Below are positions 1-9,802 of a DNA stretch of 64,000 nt, piece by piece. The stretch is taken from contig OZ024741.1 of NCBI GenBank assembly GCA_964016885.1, positions 303,552,001 through 303,616,000 on the forward strand. Direction: 5' to 3'. Under the pieces are notes generated by a model. It saw nothing but the letters and a program-made list of their open reading frames with translations. It searched no databases and had not been told where the DNA came from. Position 1 is the first letter of the stretch, and the number at the start of each line of letters is the position of its first letter. This DNA is from Eledone cirrhosa. Taxonomy: Eukaryota. A program made the position numbers and the translations under genes.

Positions 1-327
1 TCAACCTTGTCCACCATACAACCTCTTTCGCCATAGCTATCACACAAAGGAAAACCACCTCTCCTTCGTTTTTGAAGGAGGGTGGCGGTTTGATCATGAC
101 AATGGACTCGGTGGTCAACCGGATTGGTCCCACCCGCGACAATAGTCGTTCTACATAGCCCCACAGTTCGGTGACGCCCGAGCAGCGTATGAGATAGATA
201 GGTAGGTAGGACAGTAGAAAGGTGGACAGGAGAGAATGATAGACAGACTAATAAGTGAGACTAAAAGACAATAAAATAAAAACAACTAATGCTTGTTAAA
301 ACCGAAGAAATGCAAAAATAAGAGAAT

Positions 328-742
328 TACTGTTGCTAATGTTATTGTTGTTGATGTTGTTATTGTTGTAATTGTTGATGCTATTGCTGTTGTTGCTATT
401 GCTGTTGCTGCTGTTGCTGCTGTTGCTATTGCTGTTGTTATTGTTGTTGATGTTATTGTTGTAATTGTTGATGCTGTTGTTGCTATTGCTGTTGATGTTG
501 CTGCTGTTGTTATTGCTGTTGTTATTGTTGTTGATGTTATTGTTGTAATTGTTGATGCTGTTGTTGCTATTGCTGTTGCTGTTGCTGCTGTTGCTATTGC
601 TGTTGTTATTGTTGTTGATGTTGCTATTGTTGTTGCTGTTGTTGTTGCTATGGCTGCTGCTGTTGTTATTTTTGTTGCTATCAGTGTTGCTGTTGTTATT
701 GCTGCTGTTGATGCTGATGATGTTATTTTTTGTTTCTGTGAC

Positions 743-782
<40 letters not shown>

Positions 783-1010
783 GCTAATGTTGTTATTGTT
801 GCTGTTGCTGTTGTTGATATTGTTGATAATGTTATAGCTGTTGTTGGTGACGTTACTGCTGCTGCTGCTGCTATTGTTGTTGTTGCTGTTGTTGTTGTTA
901 TTGTAGGTGCTATTGTTGTTGATGATGTTATTGTTGATGTTGTTGTTGTTGTCGTTGATTCTGTTATTGTTGCTGTTGTTATTATTGATGTTATTGTTGT
1001 TGCTGTTGTT
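328..1010. repeat. Degenerate (GTT/GCT/GAT)n trinucleotide repeat
   Basis: Continuous GTT-based triplets with a pure (GTT)n core at about 743-782 and a recurring block gttattgttgttgatgtt...attgttgtaattgttgatgct. It produces the spurious V/L/N/T-rich ORFs. Confidence 0.95.
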
Positions 1011-1359
1011 TTTAAGAAAACCGCAACAAGAATTGCAGCAACATCTCGAGGACAAGTCATGTGACCTGCAGTCGTAAGTTATCCGTCTCGTTAACGACGC
1101 GGTTTCGATAAGAGTACAGTAATTAGCACAATAGAACCGTATCAGCACACTGCACACTACACACTGCACACTGCACACTGCAGCCTGTACCGCAACAAAA
1201 ACCCACGTTGCAGCAGCGGCAATGCAGAACAATAGCTATAACTGCACATGTAACAATACTAGCTGAGAAGACCTCTATGATAGTGACACACACCACCGCA
1301 CTACTTCCACTACCGCCACATCCCTGGTGTGGGCACCACCATAGGCAAACAGAAGCAGC

Positions 1360-1367
1360 TATATATA

Positions 1368-1426
<59 letters not shown>

Positions 1427-1580
1427 ATGTTTGTGTGTATGTGTATATATATATATATATATATATACAATACTATAAATATAGAGTTATAAACTCAAAC
1501 AGTCTTTTACAATTAAATAGCTCAAAGAAAGAAATATATGTATATATATACATATATATATATATTTATATATATTTAGA

Positions 1581-1643
<63 letters not shown>

Positions 1644-1708
1644 AGATATACATATATATATATTTATATATATTTAGATGAATATATATATATGTATATA
1701 TATTTAGA

Positions 1709-1748
<40 letters not shown>

Positions 1749-1750
1749 GA

Positions 1751-1794
<44 letters not shown>

Positions 1795-1843
1795 GATGAA
1801 TATATATATATATATATATATATTTAGATGAATATATATATAT
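1360..1843. repeat. (TA)n/(TG)n microsatellites with six embedded TTTAGATGAA units
   Basis: Direct reading. TTTAGATGAA occurs at about 1575, 1673, 1703, 1745, 1791 and 1823, separated by variable (TA)n. Confidence 0.9.
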
Positions 1844-2191
1844 GTACTACACACAGTTAAACGCACTACAGTGTCCTCATCAAAAAACCACAGATACATG
1901 AACGCGCGCATGATCACGCGATTACACACATACGCACTTGTGTGCACATGTACATACATATCACACATACAGGTACCAACTGAGGAACACACACACAAGC
2001 ACTCGTGCACACACAAAGCTAATATTTGTCAATATTCCCACTACCGCAACCACAACAGACGCAACCATCAAGCCGTCACTTAAAACCCAACCACCTTAAA
2101 TATAACTGCTGTACCCACAACAGCGAAAAGGGTATACTTTATGTAGTAGCTCGATCTGCTAAAAATAGCAGCTATTTTCTCCCCCCCCCCC

Positions 2192-2237
<46 letters not shown>

Positions 2238-2396
2238 TTTTTTCTTTCTCTCTCTCTTTCAAACCGCATCTAAAAAGTGGATGAATACATTGTACAATGT
2301 GATCGCTAATATTATAAAGGGGGAAGGTCGTTGTTGGAACGACTTTGGAAATAGGTCTACTCGATCAGAGTTATTCTGGAACTAAACAACAAGAAA

Positions 2397-2900
2397 TGCC
2401 GCTGTTGAACCACAGTGGATTCTTTCGGCCGTCACCCACTGTCAGGCCGTTGCAATGCCTCCCACCTCTCACGCCATGCTGCTTTCATTGAAATCATAAA
2501 GTATGGCTTGGATGCTACAGGCTTACCTTCACAGCTCGAGCCGGCGGGCTTGACCAGGGGGACAACAGAAGGCCAGACGGCATCATGATCTTACCGACCC
2601 GCAGTGGTATACCTTTCATCATGGATGCAACATGCAGTGGCACCTCCAGTGGCAATCTGGTAAATTCGGTAAGAGACCCAGGCTTTGCTGTCTGACAAGA
2701 TTGCAAGTTGTCGAAGTATCGGCCGCTTTCCGATAGATTTGTCGTCGAACTTGTAGTGGTGAAGAAACTTCTGGCATTCTTGGGGTCCAGACGACCCCGC
2801 GTCCTTCATGTTACTACTTGAGCCTTGCAAGTTGGAATGACTATTCCAAAGCGTCTCCCTCAACATCTTCCAAGGCAACGCTTTCTCCATTCTGTCTGCT
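2397..2900 (+). mobile_element. Decayed 3' part of a CRE-clade-like non-LTR retrotransposon (zinc knuckle plus restriction-like endonuclease)
   Basis: Manual translation from 2397 gives CRC*TTVDSFGRHPLSGRCNASHLSRHAAFIEIIKYGLDATGLPSQLEPAGLTR / DNRRPDGIMILPTRSGIPFIMDATCSGT...KLSKYRPLSDRFVVELVVV / ETSGILG...LFQSVSLNIFQGNAFSIL. This follows the known pattern C-x-C..H..C, RH, LEP.GL, RPDG, D.TC, K..KY, ET.G..G, GNA..I. It has stops and at least two frameshifts. Confidence 0.8.
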
Positions 2901-3337
2901 GGGACCACGAGGTGGCTAGCTCCTTAGGTCCTGCACACCAGAGAGGGCTCCCTCACACTGTATCGGCCCGTATCATTGGAGTAGCGATGGTTGAGGACAA
3001 TTTTAGGAATTAATGCAACAAGACAATCCAAAATAATTAACAATATTAAATGATGATTACTACTACAATTCATTTAACACACACATACACACACCAAAAA
3101 TAGAAAAATGTAATGCTAACGTTAGCACGATCATCTCACCTGAAACGTCATATACCCACATACACATACATACATTCACACAACGGCGTACCAAGACACA
3201 TACACGTATTTAGCACAGACACATACCCCCCCCCCCCCCTCCATATATATATATATATATATATATATCCAGATGGACCATAACGCACCAGAGTACTCAA
3301 TACTTAGGGTAGTAGAGTAGGTAATAAGAAAATGTTT

Positions 3338-3410
3338 AACCCAAACGGCAGAGCTCAAGCCGTTTCGAAGGCTAATATTTGTCAATATTGAACCGTTACA
3401 TGAATGGATA
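3338..3410 (-). ncRNA. Degenerate type I hammerhead-ribozyme-like remnant
   Basis: Minus strand reads atcca TTCATGT aacggttcaatatt-gaca-aatattagccttc GAAA cggc-ttgagctct-gccg TT tgggt. GAAA, stem III and the NUH site are intact, but the CUGANGA box matches only 4/7. Confidence 0.4.
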
Positions 3411-3458
3411 AAATATATAGATAAAATATCAATCAGAGAAGCAATAATACCTATGATA

Positions 3459-3546
3459 AACACTTGCTGAATATACCACACAATGAGATTGAAGCCAGGT
3501 GCTAATGATTGCGAAGTGAACCGCTTAACCATTCAGTCATGCTGCC
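3459..3546 (-). mobile_element. Degenerate tRNA-derived SINE head fragment
   Basis: Minus strand gcatgactgaatggttaagcgg...ggcttcaatctca...agcaagtgttt has A-box-like (TGAATGG) and B-box-like (GGCTTCAATC) elements at plausible spacing. Family assignment is from recall only. Confidence 0.35.
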
Positions 3547-3724
3547 TGTACAACATGGCAGATGCAGCGTATATCACTATCTCTTCTTCGTAGCAATGGT
3601 TTCACCATTTTGTCTGTTGGGTGCAGCAAAGATATTCTGCCAAAACGTTGTTGCATAATTTTCCCCAGCCCCTTTTTGTTCTCATTTTATTCATCTTAGA
3701 TTCAATTGTGTTTTATCCAATTCA

Positions 3725-3925
3725 GGAGCCTGTACGTATGCGCTCGACCTGCTGAAAATATCACACACTTCTCACTTAAATACCATACTCTTGCCTTGAA
3801 AGAGAAGTTTTTAATTTCGTAATGTAACATACATGATATCATACCTGAATAAAAGACTGGATGGTCACGACAGAAACGTCTTTCATGGTAAGTTTGCTCG
3901 ATCTTCCAGATCCTGGCTTACACGG
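3725..3925 (+). mobile_element. Interspersed repeat family B (SINE-like), degenerate copy
   Basis: ctcgacctgctgaaaata...ggatggtcacgacagaaacgtcttt...tttgctcgatc is related to the reverse complement of 16390-16765 and to a fragment at about 12830-12870. Confidence 0.45.
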
Positions 3926-3954
3926 TGTATATGCATGCAGACAAGCATACCAAC

Positions 3955-4063
3955 GTATGTATAAATCTATGTATGTATGTGTGTATGTATTTATGCATGC
4001 ATGCATGTATGTATGTATGTATGTATGTATGTATGTATGTATGTATGTATGTATGTATGTATG
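3955..4063. repeat. (TATG)n microsatellite
   Basis: Direct reading. Confidence 0.95.
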
Positions 4064-4065
4064 TG

Positions 4066-4430
4066 CTACTGGTAACATGTAACCCAGTACAACCTGTCTC
4101 ATGGTCGGGTCGTCGGCGACTAAACTGGCAACCTCACCAAGCTTGCTTGGTGAGGAGGGTGATAGTTGGACACCCTGCGGGGTGAAATACAAGACCCGAC
4201 AAAGAACGGAGGTACTCAGCAGAGTTACCGGCCATCCAAATAGTACTGTCTTTTTCACCTGGGAGTGAAAGGCCCCCAGTTGTTATCACAACACCTTTCC
4301 AAGAGAGGGAAACTCTGAAAAAACCTGCGGCTTCGGAAGCATCCGATGATGTTGACCAGTTCTCCTTTTCGATGTTCAGAGAGTGGGGTTGGTCGAGTGC
4401 AAGGCCTTTCCCCACTTAAAAAAAAAAACC
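4066..4430 (+). mobile_element. Highly structured GC-rich element, possibly a non-LTR retrotransposon (RTE-like) 5' UTR fragment
   Basis: Several stems are present: TACTGG/CCAGTA, GTCGGGTC/GACCCGAC, CCTCACCAAGC-TT-GCTTGGTGAGG, AGGGTG/CACCCT, and AGTGGGG/CCCCACT followed by an A run. The RTE assignment is recall-based. Confidence 0.35.
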
Positions 4431-4557
4431 TTCAAAGCACAGGCATTGCTTGTTCAGGATCTGTTACAGGTTCTTGTGGCTGGCCATAGCCTAAAAGTGC
4501 ACCAAACTCTATTATCCGACAAGCGATTGCAGTATTCTTAGCAGAGTTTGCAGCCAT

Positions 4558-4760
4558 CATGTATGTATGTATGTATGTATGTATGTATGTATGTATGTAT
4601 GTATGTATGTATGTATGTATGTATGCATGTATGTATTATGTATATATATGCATGTATGAATGTATGTATGTATGATTATATATGTATATATGCATGCATG
4701 CATGTATGTATGTATGTATGTATGTATGTATGTATGTATGTATGTATGTATGTGTGTGTG
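4558..4760. repeat. (TATG)n microsatellite
   Basis: Direct reading. Confidence 0.95.
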
Positions 4761-4796
4761 TATTCACCCATAACAACCGGACATTTTCAACTTAGT

Positions 4797-5085
4797 AGAG
4801 CCCATCCCTTTCACGTATGAACAGTGCCGATTTCTTCCAGAGAAGAGAGAGAGAAAAATAAAAAATAAAAAATAAAGAGTGAAAGAGAGAGAGAGTAATA
4901 GAGAGCAGATGTAAAAGAAATATCGAGGAAGAATCGACCCAGTACTACACTGGTACTTTTCTTATCAAGCTTGAAAAAATTAAAAGGCGTAGTTAAATCA
5001 ATGGGATTTGAACTCAGAGCGCAGAGATATGGAACGAATACCGCTAAGGATTCTATCCAACGTTCTAATAACTCTGCTAATTCTC
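4797..5085 (-). mobile_element. Composite repeat: SINE family A plus a GAGCCCATCCC..TCTTCCAGAGAAG extension
   Basis: The SINE part (gaatcgacccagtact..ctggtact..gggatttgaactcagagcg..aataccgctaagg) is joined to a flank that is also present at about 13998, 15870-15915 (inverted) and 16168. Confidence 0.7.
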
Positions 5086-5089
5086 TACT

Positions 5090-5175
5090 GATACATCCAT
5101 ACGTACATACATATATCCATACATGCATATATACATACATACACACATACATACATACATACATGCACACGCGCG

Positions 5176-5216
<41 letters not shown>

Positions 5217-5217
5217 T

Positions 5218-5254
<37 letters not shown>

Positions 5255-5318
5255 ATATATATACCAACTAGGTGGATATGGCGCATGTCTCTCGGACATG
5301 ACACCCTTAATTTAATTT

Positions 5319-5362
<44 letters not shown>
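5090..5362. repeat. Compound (TACA)/(CA)/(TA)/(TG) microsatellites
   Basis: Direct reading. Confidence 0.9.
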
Positions 5363-5365
<3 letters not shown>

Positions 5366-6015
5366 TGAATCTTCGCTTATCCGGACGGTCAAAACGAAAC
5401 AGTTAGAAAAAGATCCGGTTAAGTGAAATATCCGGATAAGTGAATTCTAAAATCCCATTGTTACATAATGCTCGTGGTTTCTTATGTTTTGGCTTCTTTT
5501 AGTCAAAATAAAGGACAAATGCTAAGTAAAGAAAGTTTATTAGAATAACAAAAGAACAGCTAGAATTTATAAGAAAATTAATTAAACAAACATAAGAATA
5601 ACTGAAAACTTGGTAAAACTGAATTGAGTCAAACCATAAAAAGTTAGTACTTTTTAAAAAATGAATAAACAGAAGATTGTTTTCGTGCCGAAGCTCGTCG
5701 TTCCGCTTCCATTTCCACGCAACAGCTGAACGGTCAACCACCTCCCTCATGTTTATCGCACGTAAAAATGGAATCATTCCCGTGTCCCCTTTTCCGATCA
5801 AATCCCGCAGCAATTGTTTTCTGTAAATCCGGTTAAGTGTCTCTAAAACTCCCTGGTCCATTGGCTGAATAAGTGACGTAACGTTCGCCGGAAGAAATGC
5901 TGCCCGAATCTGTCCGTCTGCCGAAATCAAGTCCTCCTCATCCGGAGGTAGTATAGAAATAGCCGTCCGGTAAATCGAATTTCGGAAAAGCGATATCCGG
6001 ATAAGCGAAGATGCA

Positions 6016-6018
<3 letters not shown>
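5363..6018 (-). mobile_element. Internally deleted pogo/Tigger-family DNA transposon
   Basis: 23-bp TIRs CAGTGAATCTTCGCTTATCCGGA (5363-5385) and TCCGGATAAGCGAAGATGCACTG (5996-6018) match 22/23, with TA on both sides. Minus strand about 5950-5713 encodes FLPANVTSLIQPMDQGV, a pogo/CENP-B DDE_1 transposase motif. Confidence 0.9.
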
Positions 6019-6084
<66 letters not shown>

Positions 6085-6087
<3 letters not shown>

Positions 6088-6159
6088 GGCGTCCACAAAG
6101 TCACTAGGCAATTTTATATATATATTTGTATAAAATTGTCTAGTGACTTTGTGGACACC

Positions 6160-6162
<3 letters not shown>
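6085..6162. mobile_element. 78-bp Tc1/mariner-type MITE consisting almost only of TIRs
   Basis: CAGGGCGTCCACAAAGTCACTAGGCAATTTTATA pairs with TATAAAATTGTCTAGTGACTTTGTGGACACCCTG (32/34). It is flanked by TA inside (TA)n. Confidence 0.8.
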
Positions 6163-6197
<35 letters not shown>

Positions 6198-6353
6198 GTG
6201 TGTGGGGTGTAGCAAGAGGATCTCCGAGTATCTAATGTGCTCTACCGGATATTAAGTGCTGGGGCCCTTATCTGTGTGATGTTGAGGGAGCAGGAATGAG
6301 TATTCAATGCCAAAGTAGGGTTTAATAACATTTTGTATTGGTTGCTAAGTGAT

Positions 6354-6410
6354 GAGTCTTGTTACTCTGGAGTATCACCTGTGTACTCACAGGATCATCA
6401 GACAAGACTC
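6354..6410 (-). ncRNA. Type I hammerhead ribozyme (A14U variant, minimal stem III)
   Basis: Minus strand reads GAGTCTTGT CTGATGA T CCTGTG-AGTA-CACAGG T GATA CTC-CA-GAG TA ACAAGACTC. It has a 9-bp stem I, an exact CUGANGA, a 6-bp stem II, GAUA for GAAA, and a GUA cleavage triplet. Confidence 0.75.
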
Positions 6411-6419
6411 CTCTGGTGC

Positions 6420-6472
6420 GTCTTGTCTGATGATCCTGTGAGTACACAGGTGGATCTCCACACCAACAAGAC
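6420..6472 (+). ncRNA. Second, inverted hammerhead copy with a degraded GAAA/stem III
   Basis: GTCTTGT CTGATGA T CCTGTG-AGTA-CACAGG T GGATCTCCACACCA ACAAGAC. Stems I and II and CUGANGA are intact; the rest of the core is mutated. Confidence 0.6.
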
Positions 6473-6490
6473 TCATCACTTAGTCATAAT

Positions 6491-6670
6491 TGTTTCTACG
6501 TTTGGCACAAGGCCAGCAATTACCCAGTGCATTACTGGTACTTTATTTTATCAACCCTGTAAGGATGAAAGGCAAAGTTAACCTCGGCGGAATTTGGACT
6601 CAGTATGGCAAGGGCCGTAACTCTATGCGTCAAAGCATGGCGTCCGACCCTCTACCGATACTGCCAATCC
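6491..6670 (-). mobile_element. SINE family A copy with candidate 9-bp TSD AGTCATAAT
   Basis: Minus strand contains ..caaattccgccgaggttaactttgcctttcatcc..gataaaataaagtaccagt..ggccttgtgccaaa. AGTCATAAT occurs at 6482-6490 and 6671-6679. Confidence 0.8.
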
Positions 6671-6691
6671 AGTCATAATAAAGAATATGTG

Positions 6692-6730
<39 letters not shown>

Positions 6731-6954
6731 CTGTCTAACTTTCTGTCTGTCTGTACGTCTGATGTCTGTCTACCTATCTATTTATTTATGTATATATAAG
6801 ACTCATCACTTAGCAATAATAAAGAATATATATATATATATCCAGTCGGGCTAGATCGATATAGATCTAACCTTGAGCTGATCAGTGACGAAACGCGCAT
6901 CACCAACCAATAAACGTAGTGAATGAGTAACCACTCGCCCTTGTTTTATTTATT

Positions 6955-7972
<1,018 letters not shown>

Positions 7973-8099
7973 GATATTGATAGATGGAACTAGAGGGGAA
8001 TTGAAGGAAAGAGAGAGGTAGTGATTCTAGATTAAACCTGAATCCTGGAATAGAGAAAAAGGGAAACGCTAGTTGATTGTCGTCACTTTTGTTATTGAG

Positions 8100-8300
8100 T
8101 TCTTGCGTGAGACGGAGACGTCGTTTGAAACTAGATTCCTGGCTTGTAATATTCACTGGTATTGTAGGGTCTACCTACCTACCCACTTTACTCCTGTCGC
8201 AGACGTCTACAGCTGGTTCGAAACCAGAACTGCTGCTGCTGCCACACCGAGCCAATTGGTCACGTGCTGGCACCAACCGTTTTTCTTTAGTCTCATCGTA
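8100..8300. promoter_or_regulatory. CpG-rich unique island with adjacent CCAAT box and E-box
   Basis: CCAATTGG (8252-8259) lies next to GTCACGTG (CACGTG 8261-8266), with locally frequent CpG. Motif evidence only. Confidence 0.35.
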
Positions 8301-8389
8301 GCAAGCTCTTTTGTATATGTGTGTGTGTGTGTGTGTGTGTGAGTGTGGTCTGTTTAAGTGTACACTTTTTTCAAATGTAATGTTTTCAT

Positions 8390-8536
8390 GTCTTCTTCTT
8401 CTTCTTCTTCTTCTTCTTCTTCTTCTTCTTCTTCTTCTTCTTCTTCTTTCTTTTCCACCTTCCCTTTTCGCACAAATTGCTCTTCTCCCCCCCTCTCTCA
8501 CGCGCGCGCGCACGCACACACACACACACACACACA

Positions 8537-8575
<39 letters not shown>
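8390..8575. repeat. (CTT)n, (CA)n and (CT)n microsatellites
   Basis: Direct reading. Confidence 0.95.
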
Positions 8576-8578
<3 letters not shown>

Positions 8579-8824
8579 TTAGGAAACGGAATGAAGAAAT
8601 TACAGACCAAATGATTTAACGTCGTAGTTTCGAGTCTCGGTTGAAGAACTTTCATTTCTTATTCGTCTCTGTGAATAAGAAAAAAATATTTTCTGTGTCC
8701 ATACAGTCGCAAGCAGACACAGACATCTTCTCAATCCTCCCCTCTTTGATCCAGCGGAACAACCAGGATGCAAAGCGAATGCAAAGACCCAGTCTTCAGT
8801 GAAGCATCAAGTACTGAATATAAA

Positions 8825-9047
8825 TGGTTTCTAATTTAGGTTCAAAGTCAACATTCTTTAAGTGGAGGGGGAAAAAAAATCAATTATATCGGCCCCAATA
8901 CTTGAGTGGTCCTTTATTTCATCGACATCGGAAGACTGAAAAGCAAAGCTAACCTTGCTGGGATTTAAACTCAGAACGTAAAGACTCCAAACAAATGCTG
9001 CAAAACATTTTGTCCGACGCTCAAACGATCTTGCCAATCCACCGCCC
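8825..9047 (-). mobile_element. SINE family A, near full-length degenerate copy
   Basis: Minus strand begins ggcggtggattggcaagatcgtttgagcgtcggacaaaatg..ttacgttctgagtttaaatccc, a tRNA-like A/B-box head. Confidence 0.75.
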
Positions 9048-9059
9048 GAAAATGCTTTC

Positions 9060-9222
9060 TTAGTGTCAGATACAATGCTTTGCAGCATAGAGTTATGGCC
9101 CTTTGCGTTCTGGGTTCAAATCCGCCGAGGTTAACTTTGCCTTTCATCCTTACGGGGTCGATAAAATAAAGTACCAGTAATGTACTGGGGTAATTGCTGG
9201 CCTTGTGCCAAAAGTAGAAACT
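9060..9222 (+). mobile_element. SINE family A copy
   Basis: gttctgggttcaaatccgccgaggttaactttgcctttcatcc..ggggtcgataaaataaagtaccagt..ggccttgtgccaaaagtagaaac, with B-box GGTTCAAATCC. Confidence 0.8.
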
Positions 9223-9539
9223 TTATTTAGGAACAAGAACCGCAATTTTTTAGAGGATGGCAAAGTCGATTACACAATAAATATCATATACATGTAAACG
9301 AACCTTACCCGTTTTAGGAATAAAATATATTGTCTCCAGTGAACCAGTCACAGCTCACATGAGGCTAAACAGGACGGGGCCAATGAAGAAGCCTTTATGC
9401 GATCACTCGATCTGTTAGAAAGAGCAGTCAGCAGTCAAACATCCCTGCTGTCTTTGATAAGAAAAAATAATGGGGAGAAAGACAACGTGATCCCTGGTGT
9501 AGAAAAAGAGTGGCACACTGTTCACCAAAAGGTTTGCTC

Positions 9540-9802
9540 TGCCTTTATCTTCATACCCATGATTATTGGAGCTACGGGTTATATACCAACCCGCTTGGAC
9601 CAAAGTATGACTGAACTTGGATTTGCGGACAAAGAGCGCAGCTCCCTAATTCATAGTCTACAAATGGCTGCGATAGCTGGCACTTTCAAAATTTGAAAAA
9701 CATTCTTGCGATTCAAGGGATGACAATTTCTTTTTTTTTACGACCTTGCCACCAGGAATGCGGCCGGTCAAAATATATACTCGAAATTAAGAGCAAGAGA
9801 TA
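9540..9802 (+). mobile_element. 3' end fragment of an RLE-type (R4/Dong- or NeSL-like) non-LTR retrotransposon with short 3' UTR
   Basis: FIFIPMIIGATGYIPTRLDQSMTELG...LIHSLQMAAIAGTFKI*KTFLR matches the P-hhh-GA-x-G ... LQ..A..GT..I C-terminal signature of RLE ORFs. It has an in-frame stop and is followed by (CATA)n. Confidence 0.6.

Larger units (their letters stand above)
6197..6483 (-). mobile_element. Probable Penelope-like element terminal repeat (pLTR) fragment with an inverted partial copy
   Basis: A minus-strand hammerhead (6410-6354) is followed downstream by ATTAAA and ends in (TA)n. An inverted copy lies at 6420-6483. The PLE assignment is inferred from hammerhead plus inverted arrangement; no RT or GIY-YIG sequence was seen. 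Confidence 0.5.

Noticed and set aside
55-85. Hairpin CCACC-T-CTCCTTC/GAAGGAG-GGTGG as a terminator or ncRNA
   Set aside because: The context is eukaryotic, the segment is truncated by the window edge, and I recognise no family.
2018-2036. 19-bp exact match GCTAATATTTGTCAATATT to 3371-3389
   Set aside because: It is AT-rich and self-complementary with no flanking homology, so I cannot separate chance from a tiny duplication.
3845-3885. CTGAATA...GAAACGTC as a hammerhead
   Set aside because: There is no stem I or II pairing, and the segment is better explained as the 3' part of repeat family B.
9060-9130. tRNA gene
   Set aside because: A B-box is present but there is no cloverleaf; it is the tRNA-derived head of a SINE.
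9397-9696. 99-aa ORF as a cellular gene
   Set aside because: Only the C-terminal half is protein-like. It matches a retrotransposon RLE tail with an in-frame stop inside the motif.
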